DNA of 64,000 nt from Candidatus Bathyarchaeia archaeon (GCA_050013255.1 JBEKFP010000002.1:705185-769184); one strand, 5' to 3'. Positions 9,980-20,735 are shown, counted from the stretch's first letter. The notes: generated by a model not told the origin, from the sequence alone. Translations and numbers: made by a program.

Positions 9980-10945
9980 TTAATCGTAGGAGAAGTGCAC
10001 CGAAACGTAAACGGACATAACGAGATTTCTAGCATAGATGAATGAGGATTGCCGAAAGTTGAAGGCACTTGTGGAGCCGAAGAATGCGCCCTCAAGGTAC
10101 CTTAGAATCTCGAAGAGAACTGCGATTATTCCGGTTGGCCCTCCTCCGCGTCTCTGGTTCGGGTTCACGGTGCTTCTGCTCAGTTGGATATTTGCAGAGC
10201 CTTCGGCTACGTAAGGTGAACCGGGTCTACCGTTGTCTATCGCAGATGCTCTCACCAGCAGGGAATAGTTTCCTACAGGAATATTGCCTTTGAATACAAC
10301 CAACATGCTGAATGGCCTGGGAATGTTTGGGTCAATTTCGCCGATGAATGTGCTCGATAAAGAGCTCGGCACCACAATATTCGAGAGTACGGAAACGTTA
10401 GCATTATAGGCAGCTAAGTTTCCGTTGTTGAGCAAGTTTCCTGAGATTGTTGCGTTGCCACCTGGGGATGTGGTTGAAGGTGTCACCTGCATCCCATATA
10501 GGATGAGGTTAATGTAAGCAAAAACAGAAAAACTCACATCGTGAACTTCTTGCGTGTAGGATATGTCTCCTAGCGCTTTGTATGTCACAGTTATTGAGCC
10601 CTGATACGTAACCCCAATGGCTGCGGCTGGGGCATATACTTGAAAGCTTATCGTAGCAGATTGGCCAAGCTGCATCGAGTCATAATGCCAATGGTTATCA
10701 CCGTACATTGTCAAACCAGCTGGAATGCTCACCGCAAGATCGACGTCGTAGATTGCGGGGTAGTTGTAGTAGTTGTTCGTTACCGTAATGGTGACGTTGT
10801 TGTTGAAGCCTGCTGTCATGGCTTGTCCCGTCAGCGTGACAGTCAAGTGTGGGATAGTTTGAGCTTGGACTGATCCGGTCGGAATAGACACTAGACATAC
10901 TACTAGGATAACAAGAAACAAAGGCCGAAATTGGGACGCTTTCAC
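9980..10945 (-). CDS. Secreted COG1361-like S-layer/Ig-fold protein
   Basis: Signal peptide; beta-rich domains; N.GN..AYN and FIGEIDP motifs; family commonly adjacent to MacB-type ABC systems in archaea. Confidence 0.6.
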   Translation of the reverse strand: MKASQFRPLFLVILVVCLVSIPTGSVQAQTIPHLTVTLTGQAMTAGFNNNVTITVTNNYYNYPAIYDVDLAVSIPAGLTMYGDNHWHYDSMQLGQSATISFQVYAPAAAIGVTYQGSITVTYKALGDISYTQEVHDVSFSVFAYINLILYGMQVTPSTTSPGGNATISGNLLNNGNLAAYNANVSVLSNIVVPSSLSSTFIGEIDPNIPRPFSMLVVFKGNIPVGNYSLLVRASAIDNGRPGSPYVAEGSANIQLSRSTVNPNQRRGGGPTGIIAVLFEILRYLEGAFFGSTSAFNFRQSSFIYARNLVMSVYVSVHFSYD

Positions 10946-11880
10946 TTTTGCTTCATTTCCCGGAGTGCTCTTAATCTGTCTTCTAACGCTGGATGTTTGT
11001 CGAAAATTCTACAGACGCCTCTTGGGGCAGTCAGATTGCATAGGCATGAGGAGCCTGGAATCGCCGTGTCGACATTATTAGACTCCTTAAGCTGCGACAA
11101 GGCGGAGATCAGCGCCTCCGGTCCGCCCACCAGCCTAGCGGCTGTAATATCTGCCATGAATTCGCGAGCCCTGTAAACCGCAGGTTCAAGAAGGTAGCTC
11201 AATGGCCTTGCGAATAAGGCAACCTTCGCCACAGTTGCAATGAACCGCACGGTAAAATCATTGTTCTTCAGGTGCGCAACCTCATGAGCAAGACAAGCTT
11301 CTACCTCTTTGTCGTCCAACGACTCTAGGAGGCCCACCGAGAGTGTGATAGTGTATTTTCGATTCGCTCGCGCTGTGAAAGCGGAAGGTACACCAGAATC
11401 AACCATACAAACATCTGGAACTCGGATGTGAGATGCGTGTGCTAGCCGAGTGATGGAATCTTTTATTTCAGCAGGAGGTTCGAGAAATGTAAGCTGGGGA
11501 AAAGCTTTCGCGAGGCTCATTCGCGACTTCCCGAATTCAATGAAAAAGGCGGCGCATCCAGCGGCTAACGCTCCAAGGAAGATTTCGCCGATGCTCAAAT
11601 AATGAAATAGGTCAAAGATACCTCTTGAGTTCTCCACAAGGTGGCTCGGTTCGCCCCCGAACATAAAATGAACAGCAACTCCGACGACAAAAACACTTTC
11701 AGCTAGCATTAGACCGAACATTCCGAGCAAGGCAGCAGTTCTCTTACCATGCGACCGTCGCAAAAACAAGACGAGAGTTATTCCTAACGCTGTCAGGCCT
11801 ATCGTAGGAAGTGCAAGTCTAGATGGCCCGACAATCAGCAAGCTAATGAATATGAGGTATCGCGGAAAAAACGGGATCAT
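10942..11880 (-). CDS. Membrane zinc metalloprotease, M56 (BlaR1-like)/M48 family, no penicillin-sensor domain
   Basis: LAHEVAH (HExxH), REFMAD, HP.LEDRL; N-terminal TMs; overlaps the stop of the BlaI gene. Confidence 0.85.
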   Translation of the reverse strand: MIPFFPRYLIFISLLIVGPSRLALPTIGLTALGITLVLFLRRSHGKRTAALLGMFGLMLAESVFVVGVAVHFMFGGEPSHLVENSRGIFDLFHYLSIGEIFLGALAAGCAAFFIEFGKSRMSLAKAFPQLTFLEPPAEIKDSITRLAHASHIRVPDVCMVDSGVPSAFTARANRKYTITLSVGLLESLDDKEVEACLAHEVAHLKNNDFTVRFIATVAKVALFARPLSYLLEPAVYRAREFMADITAARLVGGPEALISALSQLKESNNVDTAIPGSSCLCNLTAPRGVCRIFDKHPALEDRLRALREMKQK

Positions 11881-12308
11881 TTCATTTCCTTCTTGCGCAG
11901 CCGATTCAAGTATTTTGACACAACATGGAGATCGTTGCCCTCAGGGGCACCCATCTTTTCGGCCAGGTATGCTACGGTCACGTCATTAAAGCTTTGAAGT
12001 AACCCTTCCATTACGTTTTTTACTACAACTTGCTTGAATTCTTCCTCTGAAATTTTGGCCCTGTACAAATAGTGTGGGCTGCCGTCTCTTGCGAGCTGCC
12101 TCAAAACCAACCCTTTCCCATATAGGCGATCTAAGATTGTTGCCACCGTCGTTACCGCAACTGGCCGGGTTCTCGCAGTTCTTGATTGAGATTCTCTAAC
12201 TGAAAGTGGTCTGCTTGATTCCCAAAGCTGCCTGAGCACAACTGACTCAAGATCGCCCAACGCAAATCTAAGATTAGGATGATTAGGGCGGACTGTGTGA
12301 AGCTTCAA
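11877..12308 (-). CDS. BlaI/MecI/CopY family transcriptional repressor
   Basis: LGDLESVVLRQLW, TTVATILDRLYGKGLV.R, YLYRA.ISEEEF. Confidence 0.9.
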   Translation of the reverse strand: MKLHTVRPNHPNLRFALGDLESVVLRQLWESSRPLSVRESQSRTARTRPVAVTTVATILDRLYGKGLVLRQLARDGSPHYLYRAKISEEEFKQVVVKNVMEGLLQSFNDVTVAYLAEKMGAPEGNDLHVVSKYLNRLRKKEMK

Positions 12309-12317
12309 CGTGTTCCC

Positions 12318-12338
12318 CTAACTATGCCACGTAGTTAG
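12318..12338. promoter_or_regulatory. Palindromic operator copy 3, between the blaI TATA box and start codon
   Basis: CTAACTA-TGCCACG-TAGTTAG with 7-bp perfect arms; TTTATATAA-type box at about 12341-12349. Confidence 0.75.
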
Positions 12339-12360
12339 CCTTATATAAACACGGTCGCCT

Positions 12361-12774
12361 TTGCCCCCGCGCTGTTGGAGTTCAGGCAAGATGCCACAGT
12401 TACCCGTAATCATTCCGCTCATCATAATTGGGATTTCATTTGGTTCGTTGCTGAAATCAGAGAAACCGAAAATATCATTGAGAAGAGTCATGATCTGGGC
12501 TTTAGTTGCTGGCCTACTCAATGCCGTCAACGCCTATGCCGTTTACCTCTTAACGCCTCAACCAACCTTTGGAGGCGCGACCTTCGCCCGTACGACTACG
12601 ACTACGTTAATCCCTTTTACCGCGGCTTCATTCTTGGCGGGATTCATTATTGTCGCGGCGGTTTTCGCCATTGCACGTGTGGTTGGTCGAGGGCATCAAG
12701 GCGATGCTGAACTTGGTGAAGAGTCAGAATCCGAGTTAGGTAACGAGGAACCAACGAAACTCAAAACCGGCTAA
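12361..12774 (+). CDS. Hypothetical 3-TM membrane protein
   Basis: Three hydrophobic helices and an acidic tail; start probably ATG 12391. Confidence 0.65.
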   Translation: MPPRCWSSGKMPQLPVIIPLIIIGISFGSLLKSEKPKISLRRVMIWALVAGLLNAVNAYAVYLLTPQPTFGGATFARTTTTTLIPFTAASFLAGFIIVAAVFAIARVVGRGHQGDAELGEESESELGNEEPTKLKTG

Positions 12775-12793
12775 TCTTCATCTATTTCTATCG

Positions 12794-15700
12794 ATGAGTT
12801 CATTATTGTTACGTTGTCTGGCTCCCTCAATGTTGCATCGTCGTTCTAGGCGGCGAGCGGCCATGAGACTCACGCTCCTGGTACTGCTAGCCTTGCTCCT
12901 AGTCTCTGAAGCTCCCAATTCTGCCTTTTCGAACAATGTGAACAATGTGACGGTCTCGCCCGGCAAATACGACCTAACACTGGGCGCAGGATTCCCCGGC
13001 TTTGGCCCAGTCAAGTTAAGCTACCCGAACAGCAGCATATTGACCAACAGTGTCGGAGACCTGCTGTTCACTGTCACTTTGAATCCTCTCATGCTCAATT
13101 CATCCTCAGGTCAAGTGTGGTCTTTGGCCTTGCCAACCCCTGAGGTTCAAGTGTGGAGTTCCGGGTTCTCGCCGAGTGATACAAGCTGCACACTGTCAGG
13201 CACCCCGGTCGGCCAACCTCCTGACTTCCCCGCTCCCACTTGCTCAATTTCAGGCGGCATTCTGACTGGCTCGTTTGATGTCGGTAATGCTCTCGCAGGA
13301 GCACACACTATCACTGGAATCGGTAGCCCTACAGACGATTTCTCATCATCCACATTCACTGTCCTTCCGCCGTCACTTGTTCTCAATCCGTCTTCAGGTC
13401 CGGTCAGCGCGGTCCAGTATGTAGGAGTCTCTGGGTTCGGGTTTTATTCGACTGATGCTACTTGCACTCTGACAGGTGAGCCCGTATCCGCGTACACCTG
13501 CGCTATTGTAGGCGGCATCTTGACCGGCACATTTTCTGTTGCAGGTCCGACCGGCACCTACACGGTTACCGCGACGACCGATGGAGCCGATTCAGGTGAA
13601 GCTGTGGCTTCATTTACGGTTACAACCGGTTCTCAACAAGTCTTCACTATTCTTCCCCACTCCGGCTCCGGCCACGTTGGTGACTTCGTCTCCGTGTCGG
13701 GTTCAGGATTCTTGCCCGCCGACTCGACATGCACTTTGAGTGGGAGAATTGTTACGGCAGTAACACCCTGCACCATTGCAGGCGGGATTCCAACTGTGTC
13801 GTTCACGGTGGGTAATGTGGCGCCGGGTATCTACACCATTACTGTCATCGGAACCCAAAAAGGCGACTTGGCAACAGCGAACTTTCAGGTCTTGCCCCTC
13901 CTCGCTCCCACGGTACCATACTCGGCGACAGTCTTACTCGATATCTACGTCCCTCCAGATTTCGCGGGACTGACGTTGAGCAACGTTTGGACCAGCTTTA
14001 CGAATAATTACGACTCGCACTTCATCTCGGTGTCTAGGCTGTCGGGTTCGGATCAGATTGGGCCCAACTGGTGGAAAATTACGATTAGCAATATCACCGT
14101 AACACATAGCCCTAGATCCTATCTGCCACCACTGGTTGAACGCGAAATCTTCATTGTAAACCAAACCCAATACGTCAGGCTCTTTCAGGTTACGTCTCCT
14201 TCCATTGCCGGACGCTACTTTTTCAAAGTTTTCATGAATGGGCTTTCGATAGGAGAGGGAAATTTCCCAACGATAGTAGTGAAAGGCAGTAGGGACCCCG
14301 CCTATATTTCCGGAGTTCTCAGGGACTCCGGCCAACACAATGCATCATTGATTGGGCAACCAATACAACTGCTAAACGATACCGGAGCCCAAGTCGTAGC
14401 GAACGGCATAGACTATCTCGGGAGGCGGGTTTCAGCTCAAACGTTCATCAACGCCACCGCCAATGGCAGTTACACGCTATTCGGGGTCGCTCCAGGCACA
14501 TACAACATCACTGCCATCGCTGCAGGATACATTCCAACTACCCTACTTCGAACAGTAAGTGTAGGTCCTGCTCAATCTCTGGAAGGAGTCGACATTTACA
14601 TGACCCAAAGCGTCAGGATAACAGGAACCGTGCTGTCCAAGTCCGCTGAAATATCACCCATACCCTGGGGAACGCTCTTTGGTGTCAGCAGTTTCGGAGG
14701 CTCACGTGAAACGAACCGGTCGATTTCGGTGAAGGTTCTTAATCTGGACGGATCTGTTGCAGCCTCGATTCCTGCACCTTTCGGTTTCGGATTGCAAACA
14801 GACAGCCATTCGACGACTTTCCCTTTTGAGATTTTCTACCAAGTCGGATTCGACGGGCGAATTCCTCAGGATTATGCTAACTACACATCCGGCCTTACCT
14901 CTGGCGACTATTTGCTGTATGCCTACGTGACATCGTACGTCCAGCTTGACGAGGTCAGAGTGCATGTAGACAACGAAACTACCCAAACCTTTTCCATGAT
15001 TCCACTCATAAGAACGGGGGCGTTCATCGTTACAGTACACTTCAGAAATGAAAATGGTACCTTGGGGCCGGATAGTATTCCCGTCGATGCAACGCTAACC
15101 GTTTCGGCATATGACGCTAGGGGCACGTTGAGAGCGCAAAACGTAACCTTCGTTACAGCCGGCGCGACGGAAGCCACGGTCGAGCTCCAGGGATTCAGTA
15201 ACGCCAGAAGCTTTGGAGTCGCATCACTCTTCTCACAGAACTATGGGCTCTTACCGGGAACCTATCAAATCGTAGCTCGCGTCTCTTCTGCCCCAACTGT
15301 AGCTGGAAATGCCAATTTCGGCATCAAACAGTTCTACTACCAGACCGCTAACTTTGAAGCAACTATTGGCCTAGGAGAAGGTTTCGTTAGCATTAGCTTC
15401 CCCGTATACATAGCCGGTGGGATACTCCTTAAGATATACTCCATTGACGACCAGTCGCCATCAGTAGATACACCATGGAACTATCCGGGCAAAACGATTA
15501 ACGTCATGATAATAGAGTCAAACGGCGCGGTCTACCAAGCAAACACTACGCAACCTGCAGGCTCAACGGTTGCAGCCTTCATTTACACCGGACTGCTTAC
15601 AGACAGTTACTCTATTTTCGTACAGACACTTGGGTACACCCAAAGTGAAATAATTCATCTAAACGTGGTGTTGGGCGGAACTAGCGATGTGGCCGTGTGG

Positions 15701-16540
15701 ATGATTGCAAATCCCGTAATTGATCTTGACTTAGCTTTCAGGCATGAAGCAATTCTTTCAAACATCACCTCCACTTTGCCTTTCGCGCAACCAATCAATC
15801 ACATAGACGCCACTCCGGTGCGCTTTGAGGTATACGACCAGTTTGGAGATTTCGTTGCGGCAAATGCGACTTATGTTCTCAACAACTCCACGATCGTGCA
15901 TTTCACCCTGGCGGGCTTCGATAGGTACTTCGGGGATCCACGTTTTGTTTGGTCAGGTTTCTATGATACTACCGACGGCGCCAGTCAAAGCCCAGGAGGC
16001 TTAGTCTTGTATCCGTGGAGTGACCTGCCCCGCGAGTACACTATCAGGATATGGGTCGAAGGGTATTATCAGGAAAACCAGTTGCAAGTACTCGTGCCGA
16101 CGAGGGGGAGAGGGAGTGTTTCGGTTGTGGAGCTCCTTGATCGTGCGACTAGAATAGCTGGGAATATTGCAGGCCCAGACTTTTTCGAATTCGCAAGGCC
16201 TCTCTCCTGGGCAACCATAACCCTAGAACCGAACGATTACACGTTGACCAGCATCATTGATGTTACACCAGGAAATTACACGACGTACAGTCTTGATGGC
16301 TCATTCCAATTGTGGGTGCCCGAAGGCAGCTACGGAATGGGAGTATCACTTGCAGGTTACTCTTCGTACTCGGCTCAAATTCAAGTTGCTCCAGGCTCAG
16401 ACATCAACATGCAGATTTGGCTGGACAACTACCAGCCAACGCTAGTTACAAACGCATTTGCGTTCCAAGGCGACACTCTGATGGTACAGGTAGCCGGAAA
16501 TATGAGGTATCAAGACGACAGGCTATTGTTTACGATCTGA
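12794..16540 (+). CDS. Large secreted S-layer-like protein with Ig-like and carboxypeptidase-regulatory-like domains
   Basis: Signal peptide; T/S/G/V-rich; three Cys-paired internal repeats; GVAPGTYNITA.AAGY and PEGSY.MGVS.AGY CarboxypepD_reg-like segments; many NxS/T sequons. Confidence 0.75.
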   Translation: MSSLLLRCLAPSMLHRRSRRRAAMRLTLLVLLALLLVSEAPNSAFSNNVNNVTVSPGKYDLTLGAGFPGFGPVKLSYPNSSILTNSVGDLLFTVTLNPLMLNSSSGQVWSLALPTPEVQVWSSGFSPSDTSCTLSGTPVGQPPDFPAPTCSISGGILTGSFDVGNALAGAHTITGIGSPTDDFSSSTFTVLPPSLVLNPSSGPVSAVQYVGVSGFGFYSTDATCTLTGEPVSAYTCAIVGGILTGTFSVAGPTGTYTVTATTDGADSGEAVASFTVTTGSQQVFTILPHSGSGHVGDFVSVSGSGFLPADSTCTLSGRIVTAVTPCTIAGGIPTVSFTVGNVAPGIYTITVIGTQKGDLATANFQVLPLLAPTVPYSATVLLDIYVPPDFAGLTLSNVWTSFTNNYDSHFISVSRLSGSDQIGPNWWKITISNITVTHSPRSYLPPLVEREIFIVNQTQYVRLFQVTSPSIAGRYFFKVFMNGLSIGEGNFPTIVVKGSRDPAYISGVLRDSGQHNASLIGQPIQLLNDTGAQVVANGIDYLGRRVSAQTFINATANGSYTLFGVAPGTYNITAIAAGYIPTTLLRTVSVGPAQSLEGVDIYMTQSVRITGTVLSKSAEISPIPWGTLFGVSSFGGSRETNRSISVKVLNLDGSVAASIPAPFGFGLQTDSHSTTFPFEIFYQVGFDGRIPQDYANYTSGLTSGDYLLYAYVTSYVQLDEVRVHVDNETTQTFSMIPLIRTGAFIVTVHFRNENGTLGPDSIPVDATLTVSAYDARGTLRAQNVTFVTAGATEATVELQGFSNARSFGVASLFSQNYGLLPGTYQIVARVSSAPTVAGNANFGIKQFYYQTANFEATIGLGEGFVSISFPVYIAGGILLKIYSIDDQSPSVDTPWNYPGKTINVMIIESNGAVYQANTTQPAGSTVAAFIYTGLLTDSYSIFVQTLGYTQSEIIHLNVVLGGTSDVAVWMIANPVIDLDLAFRHEAILSNITSTLPFAQPINHIDATPVRFEVYDQFGDFVAANATYVLNNSTIVHFTLAGFDRYFGDPRFVWSGFYDTTDGASQSPGGLVLYPWSDLPREYTIRIWVEGYYQENQLQVLVPTRGRGSVSVVELLDRATRIAGNIAGPDFFEFARPLSWATITLEPNDYTLTSIIDVTPGNYTTYSLDGSFQLWVPEGSYGMGVSLAGYSSYSAQIQVAPGSDINMQIWLDNYQPTLVTNAFAFQGDTLMVQVAGNMRYQDDRLLFTI

Positions 16541-16685
16541 ATTGGACTCTGAAAATCATGAGTTTTCTTGTTCATTCTCCTAGAATTGGGCAAGCCGGTA
16601 AAGGAACCTATCGAACCCGATGACTTCCGGAGAATTGCCCCTGAGCACCATAGCCGGATACAGGTAGAATAGGTGACCTGTTCGG

Positions 16686-18326
16686 ATGGCTCGGCAACTG
16701 CGACTTTTGCTCTCGGTTTTCGTTTCAGGCGCTGTAGTAATGGCTCTTGAGCTGCTGGGAAGTAGATTACTCGCCCCGGTTTTCGGTAGTTCAATTTTCG
16801 TCTGGGGGAGCCTGATCGGTGTCGTTCTTGCGGCTCTGAGCACTGGATACTACTTGGGCGGAAAGATTGCCGACCTGAGACCGGATTTCCAAGTCCTTTC
16901 AATCGTGATTTTTCTGGCAGGTCTTTTCGTCATTGGCTTGCCAGCGCTCGCGCCACCTCTCTTCGACTGGGTCGTCAAGCTGAGTATTGGAGATAGGTAT
17001 TCGCCGCTTCTAGCCACGGTAGCTCTGCTTGGGCTCCCAAGCGTTTTGTTGGGCATGGTTTCTCCTTTTGCGATTCGCCTCGCAGCAAAGAGCTTCGAGA
17101 AATTGGGAAAGCTATCTGGAAATCTCTACGCGCTCTCGACGCTTGGTAGTATAGTGGGAACGTTCCTCACCGTCTTCGTATTAATCCCAGAATTTGGCGT
17201 GAACAAAATCATACTCAGCCTAGGGGTTACCTTGTTGGTTGTTGCGTTCTTCGGGCTTGGTTTTCGATTGAAAGTCTTTGTGCTCCTTCTGCTCTTGGTC
17301 CTACCTCTTGCGGCGCCTTACATGGTTAGCCGCAGATTAACGGTCGCTGCCTATACCTTGGCGCTTGGCGACACAATCTACGAAACTGATACGCCCTACC
17401 ATCACTTGATTGTAGCCGACGCTTTCGACCCCGTGCACCAATCAACCGTCCGCTACCTGATCCTTGATGACAACTTGCATAGCGCCATGGACTTGAATAA
17501 TCCTAACCGCACAGTCTTCGAATACACGGATTACTTCAACCTCGGTTTTCTGCTTAGTTCGAATATCGCTCGTGTATTGTTCATCGGGGGCGGTGGCTTT
17601 ACCGGCCCTAAAGCGTTTCTTAACGATTATCCAAAGGTTACAGTCTATGTAGCCGAAATCGACCCAGAGGTTATCCGAGTCGCTGAGGAATATTTCGCCG
17701 TGAACGCCAGCAACCCTAGACTACATATTTACAATGAAGATGGCCGCATCCTCCTCCAAGAGAACTCCCAGAAATATGACTTAATGGTCTTGGATGCGTA
17801 CTCGAAAAGTTACGTACCTTTTCACTTGATGACTACTGAGTTCTTCAAGGAAGCGGCCTCTCACCTGACCAGCGGGGGAAGCGTCATTTCCAACCTCATC
17901 GCCGCGACTTCCGGAGACCAAGCACAGCTGCTTAGGGCAGAGGTCAGAACTATGAACACAGTTTTCCCCAATGTCTACGTTTTCCCCGTTAGAGGGGCTG
18001 ATTACCAAGACCCACAGAACGTCATAATACTTGGAACATTGCTCCCCAGCCACTTAACTAAAGTCGACTTCACAAATCTAGCAGCAAACACGACAACGCC
18101 CAAAATACCCGCTAACTACGCCGAGAACTACTTCACCCTAGACACCAGTAAAGCTCCCGTTCTTACCGATGACTACGCACCAGTTGAGAACATGCTCAAC
18201 CCACTAACAGGGCAAACCCTCACGAGCCAGTCAACAATTAACTGGAGCGAGGTGGAAACCTTAACCGCGGCTCTCTTGGTTATCGCAGTAATCTTCTTGG
18301 TTCTCGTTAAGAAAAAAGTCTTCTAG
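16686..18326 (+). CDS. Fused MFS-like / spermidine synthase-like protein
   Basis: N-terminal TM block (MALELLGSRLLAP.FG), LFIGGGG, EIDPEV, DGR, LDAY, LTDDYAP. Confidence 0.9.
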   Translation: MARQLRLLLSVFVSGAVVMALELLGSRLLAPVFGSSIFVWGSLIGVVLAALSTGYYLGGKIADLRPDFQVLSIVIFLAGLFVIGLPALAPPLFDWVVKLSIGDRYSPLLATVALLGLPSVLLGMVSPFAIRLAAKSFEKLGKLSGNLYALSTLGSIVGTFLTVFVLIPEFGVNKIILSLGVTLLVVAFFGLGFRLKVFVLLLLLVLPLAAPYMVSRRLTVAAYTLALGDTIYETDTPYHHLIVADAFDPVHQSTVRYLILDDNLHSAMDLNNPNRTVFEYTDYFNLGFLLSSNIARVLFIGGGGFTGPKAFLNDYPKVTVYVAEIDPEVIRVAEEYFAVNASNPRLHIYNEDGRILLQENSQKYDLMVLDAYSKSYVPFHLMTTEFFKEAASHLTSGGSVISNLIAATSGDQAQLLRAEVRTMNTVFPNVYVFPVRGADYQDPQNVIILGTLLPSHLTKVDFTNLAANTTTPKIPANYAENYFTLDTSKAPVLTDDYAPVENMLNPLTGQTLTSQSTINWSEVETLTAALLVIAVIFLVLVKKKVF

Positions 18327-18362
18327 CGATGGCGTTCAACGCTGCCTGCGGTTGGTTAGTGC

Positions 18363-20735
18363 TCATTTCTGCATTATGTTTCTGACAAGTCGGTCATAAG
18401 TTCGTAGTCTCTCAAGCCCCGCTTTGATTCCTACGTCCGCTTCAGGCATACTGTGCGTCTCAAAGAAGCTCTCAACTTCCTGAATTCTGCCGACCCCTAA
18501 AATTGGTATTATCGTAAGGAATACTCCCGAAAGGGCACCTGTATTGGCGTACATCTCCCGAATCTTCTCTATTTTAGATTGCAGCCAGTTCCAGGTGATA
18601 CGTGCAGTATGTGGTTTCTCAGTTGCGGCGAGAATTACTCCAATGACGTCCTGCCTTTTGACCTCCCCACTTAGGGCGAATTCCAATGTCTTTTGGAGTA
18701 ATCCCTGGTCGGTGAAGGAAGTCATCGCGCTAAGAAACCTGACCTTGTCCTCGTCGGAGTTGCTTTGTCTATAGGCCTTTACGAGGCCATCGAAGTCGTT
18801 TGTCGACCTAGCGTAAGCTAATGCTACAGCTTGCTTCATGTCAGGTAGTGCCTTATTGTAATCGGTGAAATCCTTACCTAACTTGGAGGCATAGCCTTCA
18901 TCGACTAATGCCAGTCGGCAGGCCATTTTGCCTCGAGCGACCAAGCTAACCTTATCGTTCTTGCCTTCCAGTAACTCCAACTGGACCCGATGAAATGCCC
19001 TTGAGATTTCCATGATTTCAGAAGGAACCAGAGCGTATAGGAACCCGAGCTGGTCCGACACTTCCCCAGCGGGAAGTGTTTCGCGCTCCCTACTGAAACG
19101 CTCTATTACTTTCAGATACTCATTGAAAGTCAACTTTCCGGAAATGAGAAACAAGTATGAATCGAATACGATGCCCCATTTATCAAATGGCGAAAGCTTG
19201 CTCGTCCAAACAAGGTCGTCAAGGCCCAGATAGTGAACCAGGTAGAAACCGGTGCGGTCAGGGTTTATTCTTAGGGACTTGAGGGGTTTGGTGTCAATTA
19301 TTTTCTCCGCACCTTCCATTAGAGTACTTCGTGTCTCTCCATTTACTTCAAGCACCAATGGCAACGGCCAAATCGCGTTTTCGGAACCCTCCGAGATGAG
19401 AAAACGTTCCTGCGTCAAGCTGAGCTTCCCGTCACGATATGAAGCGGTCACAACAGGATAACCAGGTTGTTTTACCCAACGAGACATTATCTGCTTCACT
19501 GGCTTCCCGGAAGTATCCTCAAGAGCAGACCAGAGATCGTCTCCGGTAGCGTTGGAGTAGGCGTGAGCGGAGAGGTAACGGCTTATCCCTTGCCTGAATG
19601 CTTCTTCTCCAATGTACGCCTCGAGCATCTGAAGAACGTGCGCACCTTTTCCATAGCTAATCGCGTCGAAAATTTGTTCGATTTCATCGGGAGAACTTAC
19701 CGGAACTTGGATGGGGTGAGTGTTCATCAAACAGTCTCTAGCCAGAGCTCCAGCGAGCGTTTCAACTTTTGGCTCTCCGTTGAAGAAGTTATCCCAGATC
19801 TTCCAGTCTGGATGAATCGAGTTCAGCGCCTTATACGCCATAAATGTTGCAAAACTTTCGTTAAGCCAGATATCATCCCACCACTTCATTGTTACTAGGT
19901 CTCCAAACCACTGATGAGCTAGCTCGTGAGCCACTCCCATCGAAACTCGCATCTTTGTCTTTATGCTCGTTTTTGCATCAACCAACAACATGACCTCACG
20001 AAAGGTAATCGCTCCCCAATTTTCCATAGCCCCCATCGCGAACTCAGGAACGCCGATCAAGTGGACCTTAGGAAGCGAATAGGGCAAGCTATAGTAGGAA
20101 TTGAAGAATTGAATTGCACTACGGGCTTCGTCTTGCGCGAATTTTCCAAGCTTCGCCTTTCCTGGAACGGTTGCTAGGATTATGTCGGTCGTGCCAAGTT
20201 TCACAGTTTGCGTTTCGAACTTGCCAACTCCAAGGTAGAGAAGATAGGTCGACATTCGCGGCGTCTTCTCAAAAGTGACAAGTTTCTTCTCGCCATCGTT
20301 GTCCACAGACTGGACGGGCATGTTCGAGATCGCGTCCAAGTCTCTGCTTATTCTTACGGCGAGTTTGAACTCGGCCTTAACGTCGGGCCGATCGATGCAA
20401 GGGAACATTCGCCTCGCTTGAGCCGCTTCAAAATGCGTGGTTATGATGTGTGTATGGTCGTAGGGAGCCCTGTAAATCCCCGCCAACGAATCAGGAATAG
20501 AGCCTGTATAATCTACCTGCAATGTCCCGTCAAATGGTCCTGTCTCGACAATCAGGTCCTCTCCTTTCTGCCTGAAGGAAAAACTGCGCTTCCCTGAACT
20601 CACATTCGATATGCCTAGACCAACCGAGTTCAGAACCACATCTTGCTCTGCGTTCAGCTTGATAAGCAGTCGTCCTTTGAATTTCAATCCCTCAAAATCA
20701 ATGTCGAGCAGCAGATTATAATCTGCAACTTGCAC
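18363..20735 (-). CDS. M1 family aminopeptidase (tricorn-interacting factor F2/F3 / PSA-like)
   Basis: GAMENWG, HELAHQWFG...WLNESFA, ISYGKGA. Confidence 0.97.
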   Translation of the reverse strand: MQVADYNLLLDIDFEGLKFKGRLLIKLNAEQDVVLNSVGLGISNVSSGKRSFSFRQKGEDLIVETGPFDGTLQVDYTGSIPDSLAGIYRAPYDHTHIITTHFEAAQARRMFPCIDRPDVKAEFKLAVRISRDLDAISNMPVQSVDNDGEKKLVTFEKTPRMSTYLLYLGVGKFETQTVKLGTTDIILATVPGKAKLGKFAQDEARSAIQFFNSYYSLPYSLPKVHLIGVPEFAMGAMENWGAITFREVMLLVDAKTSIKTKMRVSMGVAHELAHQWFGDLVTMKWWDDIWLNESFATFMAYKALNSIHPDWKIWDNFFNGEPKVETLAGALARDCLMNTHPIQVPVSSPDEIEQIFDAISYGKGAHVLQMLEAYIGEEAFRQGISRYLSAHAYSNATGDDLWSALEDTSGKPVKQIMSRWVKQPGYPVVTASYRDGKLSLTQERFLISEGSENAIWPLPLVLEVNGETRSTLMEGAEKIIDTKPLKSLRINPDRTGFYLVHYLGLDDLVWTSKLSPFDKWGIVFDSYLFLISGKLTFNEYLKVIERFSRERETLPAGEVSDQLGFLYALVPSEIMEISRAFHRVQLELLEGKNDKVSLVARGKMACRLALVDEGYASKLGKDFTDYNKALPDMKQAVALAYARSTNDFDGLVKAYRQSNSDEDKVRFLSAMTSFTDQGLLQKTLEFALSGEVKRQDVIGVILAATEKPHTARITWNWLQSKIEKIREMYANTGALSGVFLTIIPILGVGRIQEVESFFETHSMPEADVGIKAGLERLRTYDRLVRNIMQK

